A stretch of DNA of 64,000 bases from Escherichia phage UP19. Shown here piece by piece: positions 43,443 to 52,247 of this stretch (position 1 is its first letter; every line of letters starts with the position of its first letter). A program made the translations under genes and the position numbers. Under the pieces are notes generated by a model. That model was not told the origin of the DNA. It did no database searches and worked only from the letters and a program-made list of their open reading frames with translations. Location of the stretch: the sequence record OX638288. One strand, 5' to 3'.

Positions 43443-43782
43443 TCTTTCATCGCATGTTTATCAATTGGCTGAATATGATATTGCTATTTCCTTATTCACG
43501 GGAATTGTCACAGGTATGCTCGGCGGTCTGGTTGGTCTGGTAATGACCACAGTTATGGCTGCAATCGAAGGAGTCATGCCTATTGAGATGGGTTTCTATA
43601 TGATAATCGCTCCGGCTGTCGTGGCTTATTTTATCCCTCTTGTGTATGATATTTGCCATACAAATGCTTTGAATGCTCCCATCCGTAAGAGATATGCTTT
43701 AGAGATGGCTAATTATAATGAGTATGTAAAACAAACCAAACGTAATGACCTTGAAACCTTTATTAAGGAATGTAAATCATGA
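43429..43782 (+). CDS. Membrane protein with two or three transmembrane helices; paralog of 47860..48447
   Basis: Hydrophobic helices; C-terminal tail ..KRNDLETFIKECKS resembles ..KKNALNSFIEECRK of the other gene. Confidence 0.45.
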   Translation: MERPSLSSHVYQLAEYDIAISLFTGIVTGMLGGLVGLVMTTVMAAIEGVMPIEMGFYMIIAPAVVAYFIPLVYDICHTNALNAPIRKRYALEMANYNEYVKQTKRNDLETFIKECKS

Positions 43783-44069
43783 ATAAAATTGAAATTGAAA
43801 TCCCTGAATACAACGACGAGAAATCTGCAGAAAAAGCTATCTATGCTCTTCTGAATAAAGTAGATACCATCGAACATGAATGTGAAGCTATTGCTGATAA
43901 GTACGGTATTCAATTCGGAACAGGTGATTATGGCTCAGGACGTACATACTACCCTGTTGGTTATGAATGCTCCCAGTGGTTTAAAGATGAAATTGAAAAC
44001 AATGGTGGTGAAGTTGAAAATGGCGTCGTTACAGTTGGTGCCTGGATCTCCTCTTCAGCATTATGCTAA
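43779..44069 (+). CDS. Tandem small-paralog family member 1 (C-terminus ..GAWISSSALC)
   Basis: 96 aa; conserved TGCTAAGG stop/SD junction to the next gene. Confidence 0.55.
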   Translation: MNKIEIEIPEYNDEKSAEKAIYALLNKVDTIEHECEAIADKYGIQFGTGDYGSGRTYYPVGYECSQWFKDEIENNGGEVENGVVTVGAWISSSALC

Positions 44070-44078
44070 GGAAACGCT

Positions 44079-44360
44079 ATGATGAATGATAATCATAACC
44101 ACCCAGAGCTTCTGGCCGCAGTAAAAGAAATTCATGAAGCTATTCGTCGTGCCGAGGAAATTGCAGACAAATATGAGACTCATTTTAATATATACCCTGC
44201 TCGCGGTATGGGCGGTGACTATTATTCTCCTGGCGCCCTGAAAGCTGACCTAGCCCACTGGGAAGAAGATGGTCATCCTGAATGGGCTATTGTTAATACT
44301 CATGACTATACAACTGACCTGGAAAATGGTGGTTGGGTGTCCTCTTCTTCTGAATGTTAA
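44079..44360 (+). CDS. Tandem small-paralog family member 2 (..GGWVSSSSEC)
   Basis: 93 aa; shares IADKY(G/E) with member 1. Confidence 0.55.
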   Translation: MMNDNHNHPELLAAVKEIHEAIRRAEEIADKYETHFNIYPARGMGGDYYSPGALKADLAHWEEDGHPEWAIVNTHDYTTDLENGGWVSSSSEC

Positions 44361-44369
44361 GGAAATATT

Positions 44370-44567
44370 ATGTCTCGTGAATTAGATTGTGCAATCCGTA
44401 CTGCCGCCGCGGCTATTGAAAACGTTATCCAGATTTGCAAAGAAGAACGTGAAGAAGCTGATATCTATATCGATGGTGTTCGTGACCTGGAACGACATAT
44501 CACGCTTTACAATGGTTGTATTACAATTAGTGGTACCTCTTGGGTGTCCTCCTCTTACGAATGCTAA
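44370..44567 (+). CDS. Tandem small-paralog family member 3 (..TSWVSSSYEC)
   Basis: 65 aa; same C-terminal motif and junction. Confidence 0.55.
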   Translation: MSRELDCAIRTAAAAIENVIQICKEEREEADIYIDGVRDLERHITLYNGCITISGTSWVSSSYEC

Positions 44568-44576
44568 GGTAATAAA

Positions 44577-44789
44577 ATGACTATTGATGAAATTGAAAAA
44601 CAAATCCGTGAATTAGTACGTAAAGGCCAGTCCGTGGCTGATGAAACAGGTGAAGAGTTCCATGTTTCCGGTCGTGGACAATACATTTCTCCAAAGAATC
44701 CGGAATATGATGATTACGAATGGGCCCGTGATGATTACGGTATCCCAGATGGTGAAGGTTTCTGGTTTACATCCTCTATGTCTTGCTAA
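44577..44789 (+). CDS. Tandem small-paralog family member 4 (..FWFTSSMSC)
   Basis: 70 aa; same motif and junction. Confidence 0.55.
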   Translation: MTIDEIEKQIRELVRKGQSVADETGEEFHVSGRGQYISPKNPEYDDYEWARDDYGIPDGEGFWFTSSMSC

Positions 44790-44798
44790 GGTGATAAA

Positions 44799-45023
44799 AT
44801 GTCTGATATTAATGAATTAGAAAAAGCTGCTCTTGAACTGGCTGCATTGTATAAGAAAGTAAAAGATATGGCTTCTGCTCAAAGTTTTGGTGTTGAGTTA
44901 GACGATTACGATGGTGAAGTTCGTCTTGAAGATTGGTTGAATAGCTCTTGTTACGGCGAAGAAGCTGGTCGCACCTTCGTTGCTCGTTCCGATGGTAAAA
45001 TCTGGTACCCGAGCTCATGCTAA
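44799..45023 (+). CDS. Tandem small-paralog family member 5 (..KIWYPSSC)
   Basis: 74 aa; same motif. Confidence 0.55.
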   Translation: MSDINELEKAALELAALYKKVKDMASAQSFGVELDDYDGEVRLEDWLNSSCYGEEAGRTFVARSDGKIWYPSSC

Positions 45024-45244
45024 AATTAAAGAAAAGATACATTCGTAAAATAAACGGTCTTCGCGATTATGCCAAAGGTTGGCCATTAAGTATTATTATG
45101 GCTGATAGACACCCACGTTATAATACTGAGATGACCTATTATAAAAAGTATGATTCATATTGTCGGTCTAAAGCAGGTCGTTTAGATGGTTCTTATGAAG
45201 AATATTTTGGCAAAAAACCTACTCGTATTTCGTTAGGAAAATAA
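45017..45244 (+). CDS. Hypothetical basic protein
   Basis: 75-aa ORF; start uncertain because it overlaps the previous stop. Confidence 0.3.
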   Translation: MLKLKKRYIRKINGLRDYAKGWPLSIIMADRHPRYNTEMTYYKKYDSYCRSKAGRLDGSYEEYFGKKPTRISLGK

Positions 45245-45253
45245 TTTAGCCAC

Positions 45254-45604
45254 ATGGACGTGGTAGGAGGACTTATGCACAAAGATTCAGTATTCAAATA
45301 TCTTTTGAAAACAGATAAAGAATTCTATATGAATGGGCAAGCTTTCTTGTTCGTTCGTGGTAAACGTGAGATGTTTTATAAATGCGACCTCTCAATGCAC
45401 CATCACATGTATCATACTCATGGTGAGCCTATACTAGGGTTCTCTGGTGACGAGACTAGACGCATAGCTATGTATTATGACCATTTTAAGCTCAATGACT
45501 GTGGTGACAACGCTTTGGTCTGGAATCCATCTTGGCGTCGTTGGGATACGGTAGACAACGATAAATTATTTTTAGAATATTGCAGAAGTGATGTACAACT
45601 CTAA
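45254..45604 (+). CDS. Hypothetical protein
   Basis: 116-aa ORF; His-rich segment. Confidence 0.4.
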   Translation: MDVVGGLMHKDSVFKYLLKTDKEFYMNGQAFLFVRGKREMFYKCDLSMHHHMYHTHGEPILGFSGDETRRIAMYYDHFKLNDCGDNALVWNPSWRRWDTVDNDKLFLEYCRSDVQL

Positions 45605-45647
45605 AAACTTGTGTTACTATTACCTTACACAAACATGAGGAGAACAT

Positions 45648-45887
45648 ATGTGGTATTACTCTCCATTGTCTGATAAGTCTGATGAGCCGGTACGAATTAC
45701 TCGTGCCAAGTTTAAAAAGATTTATGGTTTTGCCTATAAGAAGTCTGATTATGGTGTTCGTTTTGAAGATGCTCACTGTATCAATGACCCTTATACAGAA
45801 GAAATCTCTAATGAGATAATTCCTATCATTAAGAATAATTCTGATGATATGTGGGAATTGCATAACGATTACGTTGCTGAAATTTAA
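45648..45887 (+). CDS. Hypothetical protein
   Basis: 79 aa; GAGGAG SD before the ATG. Confidence 0.45.
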   Translation: MWYYSPLSDKSDEPVRITRAKFKKIYGFAYKKSDYGVRFEDAHCINDPYTEEISNEIIPIIKNNSDDMWELHNDYVAEI

Positions 45888-45908
45888 GTTTACTCTGAGG
45901 AAAATATT

Positions 45909-46868
45909 ATGATGCTAGTTATTGGTTCTCGTGCACTGCACCATGCAGGTCTGATTGAAAGTAAGTATATAGAAAATTCTGATTGGGATTTCATTGCCGA
46001 CCAAGGCTCGTGGAATCAATTTAAAGCCCGGATGTTCGGTGCTCACGTTCCTGTGGATAATCCAGATGTCCAGGCTTTTAAATGCATGTACAATGGTAAA
46101 GAAACCTATTTTGAAGCTTATATCGTTCGTGCTCTGACTAACGTACGAGAAATTACCGGTGAGCTTCAAGACGAAGATTTCACTTCAAGCTATCGTCTCC
46201 TGAAATATGCTGAAACCCATATTCAAAAGGACCGTCTTACTGGTTTCTATTGGGCAACCCCTGATATCTGTCTGGCTATCAAAATGAGCCATCGTTATTT
46301 GAAGAACAACCCGTTCTTTTTGAAGACGATGTCCCACATCAAATATCTTCGTAATAAAGGTGTAACCTTGAATGAAGAGCTCCAAGAAATCATGTTGCAA
46401 CGTCAGAAAGAAACGTTGAGCTATTCTCATCCTAAATTGGATGTAAACAAATCATCATTCTTTAATGATACCATTTATACGCTAGACCATGACTCTATCC
46501 ACGAAGCTGTGGCATTGGCTGGACGCCCTGCATATACCTTTTATATGAAGGAAGGTTCTGAAGTCATGACCTCACGTGAGAAGTTTGAAGCTTTGCCTGA
46601 AGCTATTAAACTGGCTGGCGTATATGAAGAAACTTGTGTGTTGGCCCTAGAACGTTCACAGGTTCCTAACAACTTTAATATTTCACCGTCATTAAGTTTC
46701 TATATGGCTCTTGAGAAAGTGTGTACCTCAATCACTTCAGGCTGGTTCCGTGAGTATGCCTGGGAAAACTACCAAGCTGTAGTGAATATGTATAAGACCC
46801 TAGGTGAAAATGACTACATCAAGCGGTTCCAAGATAACCATCATTTAATTCGTCCTTTCGAAAAATAA
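45909..46868 (+). CDS. Hypothetical protein (319 aa)
   Basis: Long ORF with GAGGAAAATATT-ATG junction. Confidence 0.5.
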   Translation: MMLVIGSRALHHAGLIESKYIENSDWDFIADQGSWNQFKARMFGAHVPVDNPDVQAFKCMYNGKETYFEAYIVRALTNVREITGELQDEDFTSSYRLLKYAETHIQKDRLTGFYWATPDICLAIKMSHRYLKNNPFFLKTMSHIKYLRNKGVTLNEELQEIMLQRQKETLSYSHPKLDVNKSSFFNDTIYTLDHDSIHEAVALAGRPAYTFYMKEGSEVMTSREKFEALPEAIKLAGVYEETCVLALERSQVPNNFNISPSLSFYMALEKVCTSITSGWFREYAWENYQAVVNMYKTLGENDYIKRFQDNHHLIRPFEK

Positions 46869-46880
46869 TTGCATAAAACA

Positions 46881-46909
46881 GTATACAAGGTCTATAGGTG
46901 TGATACTAT
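46881..46909 (+). promoter_or_regulatory. Early promoter module (degenerate -35 GTATAC)
   Basis: TACTATAGACCTATCAA box; spacer GGTCTATAG pairs with the -10 region. Confidence 0.5.
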
Positions 46910-46946
46910 AGACCTATCAAAACAACAGAGTGAAATGGAGAATAAA

Positions 46947-47159
46947 ATGAAACTTTCTAACCAAGCAATCAACATGTTAAACGAAGTTCGTGCAGCTGGT
47001 GCTAAATGTCTGATGGTTAACACTCGTGACGGTGACCTTCGTCAAGCATTTGGTGAATTGAAATCTGCTGACCTGGTTAAATGTTCAGTTGGTATCGGTA
47101 ACGCACTTCGTGTATCCTTATCCCCTAAAGGTAAAATGTACTTTTTCAACAAAAAGTAA
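46947..47159 (+). CDS. Hypothetical small protein
   Basis: ATG 46947 after GGAG; the ORF-track start at 46869 precedes the promoter and is TTG. Confidence 0.45.
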   Translation: MKLSNQAINMLNEVRAAGAKCLMVNTRDGDLRQAFGELKSADLVKCSVGIGNALRVSLSPKGKMYFFNKK

Positions 47160-47173
47160 TTGAGGAAAATATT

Positions 47174-47860
47174 ATGAACAGCCCGAAAACTTTTAATTCC
47201 AAAGCTCGTGCAGTGGGTAGTTTTGCCGGTAAAATTTCTAACGATAAAATCAAAAACGAAACTATGTTCTTCAACAGCTCATTGGCTTTCGCTTTTGATA
47301 ATGGTGGCCCTATTACTCGCAGCTTCATCATGAACCTGCCGGATGATTGGAACACTGACCAGGTTGTATTTGATTCTCGAGTTCATATGCTTATGCCTGG
47401 TTGGTATCCTGCTATCCCAGGTTATCACCATGATGATGTACCACGCCCGGATATTCCGGTTGGTCAACACTTTATTACCGCAGGGCAACCTGATTATGAT
47501 AATCCTCGATACCATTCTGAACATATTCTTGGTCTTGTTAACGCTGATGTGTGTCCTACTTATTTTGCAACCGGAACTGCACAATTTAGCCAGATTCCTG
47601 AAGGCGAACTTATCTATCGCCAGTGGCATAAAGAAGTTCTGGAAAAAATTGAGTCCAATGAATTAACCAAGTGGGATGCTCCTGACCGCACATTGCTCCA
47701 GTTTGATTGGCAGACGTGGCATACTGGTTCTCGTGCAGTAAGTAATGGCTGGCGCTGGTTTGGTCGTGTGTCCCGTAATACCGACCGTGTTAAAAAGATT
47801 ACAAATGAAATCCGCGTTAATGCTCAAGTATATCTGGAATTCCCTATGGAGGGCTGGTAA
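47174..47860 (+). CDS. Hypothetical protein (228 aa)
   Basis: ORF with GAGGAAAATATT-ATG junction. Confidence 0.5.
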   Translation: MNSPKTFNSKARAVGSFAGKISNDKIKNETMFFNSSLAFAFDNGGPITRSFIMNLPDDWNTDQVVFDSRVHMLMPGWYPAIPGYHHDDVPRPDIPVGQHFITAGQPDYDNPRYHSEHILGLVNADVCPTYFATGTAQFSQIPEGELIYRQWHKEVLEKIESNELTKWDAPDRTLLQFDWQTWHTGSRAVSNGWRWFGRVSRNTDRVKKITNEIRVNAQVYLEFPMEGW

Positions 47861-48447
47861 TGGCCCTTTATGAACCTGGTTGCATGGGTGTTGATGTAAA
47901 CTTCATCCGTCGGTCAGAAAATGCCGGAATCATTATCCCAAGTGGTGAACATATGATTATTAAAAAGTCCTGGCGAAATATTGATGATGGGGATGAAGGA
48001 ATTTCAGCCAGTACAATAGATTGGTCAGGTTGTACTGCTGAAATGAAACAACTTTTAATTGAGGAATATAAAATGGGCTATATCGTAAATGGTTGGCAAC
48101 CAGAACCCCATAAAGAACAGACACCAGACCCATTGATTTGTTATAGCAAAAAATACGGCTTTCGTACATGGAGTGATGAATACGACAAATTAGTGAGTTC
48201 TAGGTTCTATGTTTGGATGGGGATATTATTTTTCCCACTCCTAGGGTTTTTCCTGACAACGGATAATGACTTACCTATTAGTGTGTTTGCTTCAGCGATG
48301 TCGGCGGCAATCTTAGGGCTTATTGCATCATTTTTATGGACTGCAGTTATTGAAGTACCTTTTCGTATTTCTAAAGTTAAAAAGGTGTATGACGATATCA
48401 CTAAGAAAAATGCATTAAACTCTTTTATTGAGGAATGCCGTAAATGA
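47860..48447 (+). CDS. Membrane protein, paralog of 43429..43782
   Basis: 195 aa; C-terminal transmembrane helices and conserved ..FIEECRK tail. Confidence 0.5.
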   Translation: MALYEPGCMGVDVNFIRRSENAGIIIPSGEHMIIKKSWRNIDDGDEGISASTIDWSGCTAEMKQLLIEEYKMGYIVNGWQPEPHKEQTPDPLICYSKKYGFRTWSDEYDKLVSSRFYVWMGILFFPLLGFFLTTDNDLPISVFASAMSAAILGLIASFLWTAVIEVPFRISKVKKVYDDITKKNALNSFIEECRK

Positions 48448-48680
48448 GTATTGCGATTTATATTAAATCCGAGTCATGCGATTCTTATCTGTATTCCTAT
48501 GACACCGGAACATCAGAAGAGAAAATCAAAGAAGATTTAGAAACCGACTTGGATATGTTCCGTCCTATTTCTGACTATATGGTCCAAGTGTCTGATAGTG
48601 AAAGCCCGTCATTAGAAAATAGACTTGAATTTTTAATGAGCGATATTTTTAACCAATCATGGAAACGTGATGATGAGTAA
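48444..48680 (+). CDS. Hypothetical acidic small protein
   Basis: 78 aa; overlaps the upstream stop. Confidence 0.4.
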   Translation: MSIAIYIKSESCDSYLYSYDTGTSEEKIKEDLETDLDMFRPISDYMVQVSDSESPSLENRLEFLMSDIFNQSWKRDDE

Positions 48681-49122
48681 GAAAGTTAAAGAACTATCAG
48701 CCGGTATTTTGTTCATGACTGTCGATAAAGAATTGGTTATGGGTCGTGTAACAGGTTCTCGTAATCCAGAGAATATGCGTCATAAATGGGACATTCCTAA
48801 AGGCCATGTCGAACCAGGTGAAGAGCCTATTCAAGCTGCTATGCGTGAAACCGAAGAAGAGATTGGATTCACTGCATATGACCCTGCGTTCCTGAAAGAC
48901 CTAGGTGAGTTCAAATATTCTAGCAATAAGAATCTACATCTGTTCTTATATACTGTGCCTGTCGAACACGAGCAGTTCAAGGATTGCAAATGTACCGCTT
49001 ATCATACGTTCCCTGACGGCCGTACGATTCCTGAATTCGATGCCTTTGCCTTGATTAAACGTCCGCAATGGGAATATGTCATGGGCCCGTCGATGTTTAA
49101 GGTTTTAGATTCGCTCTTTTGA
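48670..49122 (+). CDS. nudE: Nudix hydrolase (T4 NudE / e.1-like)
   Basis: Nudix box GHVEPGEEPIQAAMRETEEEIG; immediately upstream of e as in T4; first ATG at 48670. Confidence 0.8.
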   Translation: MMSKKVKELSAGILFMTVDKELVMGRVTGSRNPENMRHKWDIPKGHVEPGEEPIQAAMRETEEEIGFTAYDPAFLKDLGEFKYSSNKNLHLFLYTVPVEHEQFKDCKCTAYHTFPDGRTIPEFDAFALIKRPQWEYVMGPSMFKVLDSLF

Positions 49123-49130
49123 TATAAATA
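49123..49130 (+). promoter_or_regulatory. Late promoter TATAAATA for lysozyme e, inside an SD-sequestering hairpin
   Basis: TATAAATA followed by TACCTCCT..AGGAGGTA inverted repeat that pairs the e SD. Confidence 0.6.
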
Positions 49131-49152
49131 CCTCCTATAATCAGGAGGTATT

Positions 49153-49647
49153 ATGGATATTTTTGATATGTTACGTCAAGACGAAGGTCTTGATTTAAAT
49201 CTTTATAAAGACACTGAAGGTTATTGGACTATTGGTATTGGCCAGTTAGTTACCAAGAACCCATCTAAAGATGTTGCTCGTGCCGAACTTGACAAACTTA
49301 TGGGTCGGGTTTGCAATGGACGTATTACTATGGCTGAAGCTGAACAACTCTTTAACCGTTCAGTGGAAAATGCTCGTAGAGCTATAATGCGTAATCCTAA
49401 ATTGAAACCGGTTTATGATGTGCTGGACGAAGTTCGTCGTTGCGCGCTGATTAATATGGTCTTTCAAATGGGTGAAGCTGGTGTCGCTGGATTTACCAAC
49501 TCTCTGCGTATGCTCCAGCAGAAACGTTGGGATGATGCCGCAGTTAACCTGGTGCAGTCCCGTTGGTATAAGCAGACTCCGAATCGCGCTAAGCGAGTTA
49601 TCTCTACATTTAAAACAGGAACTTGGAAAGCATATGAAAACCTATAA
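49153..49647 (+). CDS. e: Endolysin (T4 lysozyme)
   Basis: 164 aa; catalytic E11, D20 and T26 conserved; roughly 70% identity by eye to T4 lysozyme as remembered. Confidence 0.93.
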   Translation: MDIFDMLRQDEGLDLNLYKDTEGYWTIGIGQLVTKNPSKDVARAELDKLMGRVCNGRITMAEAEQLFNRSVENARRAIMRNPKLKPVYDVLDEVRRCALINMVFQMGEAGVAGFTNSLRMLQQKRWDDAAVNLVQSRWYKQTPNRAKRVISTFKTGTWKAYENL

Positions 49648-49903
49648 AGAATTTTTGGCCGAATCTCAACTGAACGAAAACACTGACCTAGACCGTATGA
49701 CATTCCTGGCTAAGAAAGGCGGCTTCGAATTTAAAGCCATTAAGAAAGTAAATGGGTATTCTTTTGAAGTCGGTGAATATACCTTTGGTAACAAGGGTGA
49801 TGGCCAGTGGCAAATTGTTAAAAACGGCAAAGAAGTAGACTACCTTTTCGGTAAGAAACTTAGTGACATTGCTAAAATAATGGGCGAATATTCTAAAAAA
49901 TAG
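49634..49903 (+). CDS. Internal-protein-like gene ([10 protein letters not shown]|S)
   Basis: Capsid-targeting leader; ATG 49634 overlaps the 3' end of e. Confidence 0.6.
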   Translation: MKTYKEFLAESQLNENTDLDRMTFLAKKGGFEFKAIKKVNGYSFEVGEYTFGNKGDGQWQIVKNGKEVDYLFGKKLSDIAKIMGEYSKK

Positions 49904-49931
49904 TTTACATCTCCTGTATGCATGATATTAT
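49903..49931 (+). promoter_or_regulatory. Early promoter module; spacer CTCCTGTA pairs with the denV SD TACAGGAG
   Basis: GTTTAC 49903-49908; TATTATAGACCTATCAA. Confidence 0.6.
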
Positions 49932-49959
49932 AGACCTATCAATTACAGGAGATTACAAA

Positions 49960-50376
49960 ATGACTCGTATCAACCTTACCTTAGTATCTGAATTGGCTGA
50001 CCAACACTTAATGGCTGAATACCGTGAATTACCACGTGTTTTCGGTGCAGTTCGTAAGCATGTTGCTAACGGTAAACGTGTTCGTGATTTTAAAATCAGC
50101 CCTACTTTTATCCTTGGTACAGGCCATGTTACATTCTTTTATGATAAGCTTGAATTTTTACGTAAGCGACAAATTGAGCTTATAGCCGAATGTTTAAAAC
50201 GTGGATTCAATATCAAGGATACTACTGTCCAAGACATTTCCGATATTCCACAGGAATTCCGTGGTGATTATATTCCTCACGAAGCTTCTATCGCTATTTC
50301 ACAAGCCCGTTTGGATGAAAAAATTGCACAGCGTCCTACCTGGTACAAATATTATGGTAAGGCTATTTACGCTTAA
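49960..50376 (+). CDS. denV: Endonuclease V (pyrimidine-dimer DNA glycosylase)
   Basis: [31 protein letters not shown].. appears near-identical to T4 DenV as remembered. Confidence 0.92.
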   Translation: MTRINLTLVSELADQHLMAEYRELPRVFGAVRKHVANGKRVRDFKISPTFILGTGHVTFFYDKLEFLRKRQIELIAECLKRGFNIKDTTVQDISDIPQEFRGDYIPHEASIAISQARLDEKIAQRPTWYKYYGKAIYA

Positions 50377-50418
50377 TTAAATCCGTGATAGAATACTTCT
50401 ATCAACTTAAGGAATAAT

Positions 50419-50718
50419 ATGAAAACTTATCAAGAATTTATTACAGAAGCCAAAGCTCCTAAAGCATTCCAAATAGGTGTCCAAGGCACCTTAGACCAAG
50501 AATATGTTGATGCTATTGTAGCAAGCCTCGGTAAACAGGGCGTACAAGTGGATTTGGTTGATTTTACTAAAGGTAATACTTTTAATATTGTTACATCTAA
50601 AGGCTCTTTAGCTAAAGTTAAAAAGGCCTTTGGTGTAGCCCAAGCATACGAAATCGACCACTCTGAATTAGAAAATAAAGGTCGCCAGAATACAATTAAA
50701 GGTTCTGGTTCTTTCTAA
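50419..50718 (+). CDS. Internal-protein-like gene (MKTYQEFITE|AK)
   Basis: Capsid-targeting leader; 99 aa against 100 for T4 IPII. Confidence 0.6.
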   Translation: MKTYQEFITEAKAPKAFQIGVQGTLDQEYVDAIVASLGKQGVQVDLVDFTKGNTFNIVTSKGSLAKVKKAFGVAQAYEIDHSELENKGRQNTIKGSGSF

Positions 50719-50878
50719 TAAAGGCAAGCCGACCCTCTCCTCATGAACGTCGCATCCTCTGAGTGATGGACCTTTCCCTACCTGTAATAAGGTCGAGCCC
50801 AAGTGCGGTAAAGGGTTTACATACGGATACATGGATGAATTATGTGCCAAGGAACGGCCCCACAACTAAGAGACCACT

Positions 50879-51406
50879 ATGAAATTTTTAACTCCCATTT
50901 ATCTAACCTTAATGCACGCCTTCGCTGAACGCGCCATTGAACGTTTAGACTCAGACCAATATACCTGGTACGAACCCACTTCAAGAATGCAAGAGTTTGG
51001 TACTCTTCGACTTGACGGCGGGCGTCAAACAGGTAAAACAAGTGCCCTTGCCCAGTTCGCAGCTGATTGGGTTTCCAAGGGTAATGATGTGATTGTTATG
51101 TCAAGTTCTTCGCATCGCTCACGAGAAATCTGTAATATAATAAAAAGGGTTTCTAAGGCCCAACCACACCTTCAAGTAGAAGGTCCTGGGTTTGTTGTAT
51201 ATGATACCATGCGTTCATTTTTAGACGAAGATAACTTCCATAAGTATCGTGGTCTATCAGTTACTCGATTATTGATTATTATCGAAGAGCCAATGCGCCT
51301 TCCATCGATGGATAAGTTCTATGAAGCTTACCAGGTAATGATTAACAAATTTATGTGCCAGGGTTCTAAACCTCTGCCACTGTTCTTTGTGATAGGAATG
51401 CAATGA
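50879..51406 (+). CDS. Small P-loop NTPase-like protein
   Basis: Walker A-like GGRQTGKTS and Walker B-like LLIIIEE. Confidence 0.45.
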   Translation: MKFLTPIYLTLMHAFAERAIERLDSDQYTWYEPTSRMQEFGTLRLDGGRQTGKTSALAQFAADWVSKGNDVIVMSSSSHRSREICNIIKRVSKAQPHLQVEGPGFVVYDTMRSFLDEDNFHKYRGLSVTRLLIIIEEPMRLPSMDKFYEAYQVMINKFMCQGSKPLPLFFVIGMQ

Positions 51407-51699
51407 TGACTGATGAAGAGCTTTTTGAGTTCTGCTATTTCTCACGTAAGGTTCGAAGAGAGGACCTTACTGCAAATTTCGAATATGCTTATTTCTATCC
51501 ATTAGAATATGTATTCATGACAGGGCCCTTTAAGGGCTCTCGTTTTAGATGTCATGCCCCAAGCATCCGATTAATGAAACAGGTTCCTTACTTCACTCTC
51601 GAGTTCATCTCAGGCCCGTGTAAGGGTATTATTACTCGCAGTCTCTTGACGTATGACCAAGAGATTCATATGATTTCTGACTGGAAAAAATATGTCTAA
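51403..51699 (+). CDS. Hypothetical protein
   Basis: 98-aa ORF overlapping the upstream stop. Confidence 0.45.
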   Translation: MMTDEELFEFCYFSRKVRREDLTANFEYAYFYPLEYVFMTGPFKGSRFRCHAPSIRLMKQVPYFTLEFISGPCKGIITRSLLTYDQEIHMISDWKKYV

Positions 51700-51910
51700 A
51701 TTGACAATTGAAGGCTCTGATGCAGTCCTGAAAAGATTTGTTGAATGGTTTAATGGGCCGGGTGAACAAGACTTTCTGGAAGTCTGGAACGGTGGCCAGT
51801 GGAATGGTAAAGAAATAGTTTACCCGACTACTTATATCTCTGTATGTGGTGGGATCGACGGCCTTCGTTTGGTAGAATATGATATTGCAACAGGTGAGGA
51901 AGTGAAATGA
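51692..51910 (+). CDS. Hypothetical protein
   Basis: 72-aa ORF. Confidence 0.4.
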   Translation: MSKLTIEGSDAVLKRFVEWFNGPGEQDFLEVWNGGQWNGKEIVYPTTYISVCGGIDGLRLVEYDIATGEEVK

Positions 51911-52185
51911 TTGAAGATATCAAAGGTTACAAGCCACATACCGACGATAAAATCGGTAAAGTGAATGCCATTAAAGATGCTGAAGTCCGATTAGGCTTAA
52001 TCTTTAAAGCATTAGAAGAAGAATATGTTGAAGCCTTTACATGCTCAGGTGTTGATAAAATGAGTGATGAAGAATTCAACCTCACCCATGAACGCCTCGC
52101 CCAGATTCGTACGGCAATCGAACGCTTGAAAGAAGCTTCTATGTGGGCGTGTCGTTCCGTTTTCCAGCCCGAGGAAAAATACTAA
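51907..52185 (+). CDS. Hypothetical protein
   Basis: 92-aa ORF. Confidence 0.4.
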   Translation: MIEDIKGYKPHTDDKIGKVNAIKDAEVRLGLIFKALEEEYVEAFTCSGVDKMSDEEFNLTHERLAQIRTAIERLKEASMWACRSVFQPEEKY

Positions 52186-52190
52186 AAGCA

Positions 52191-52219
52191 GTTTACATCT
52201 CCTGTAGACGTGGTACTAT
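52191..52219 (+). promoter_or_regulatory. Early promoter module; spacer CTCCTGTAG pairs with the regB SD CTACAGGAG
   Basis: GTTTAC 52191-52196; TACTATAGACCTATCAA. Confidence 0.65.
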
Positions 52220-52247
52220 AGACCTATCAACTACAGGAGATTACAAA

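Noticed and set aside
45601-45647. Degenerate promoter-like sequence (CTTGTGTTACTATTACC) before the ORF at 45648
   Set aside because: Lacks GTTTAC and the conserved box; could be a decayed module but cannot be supported.
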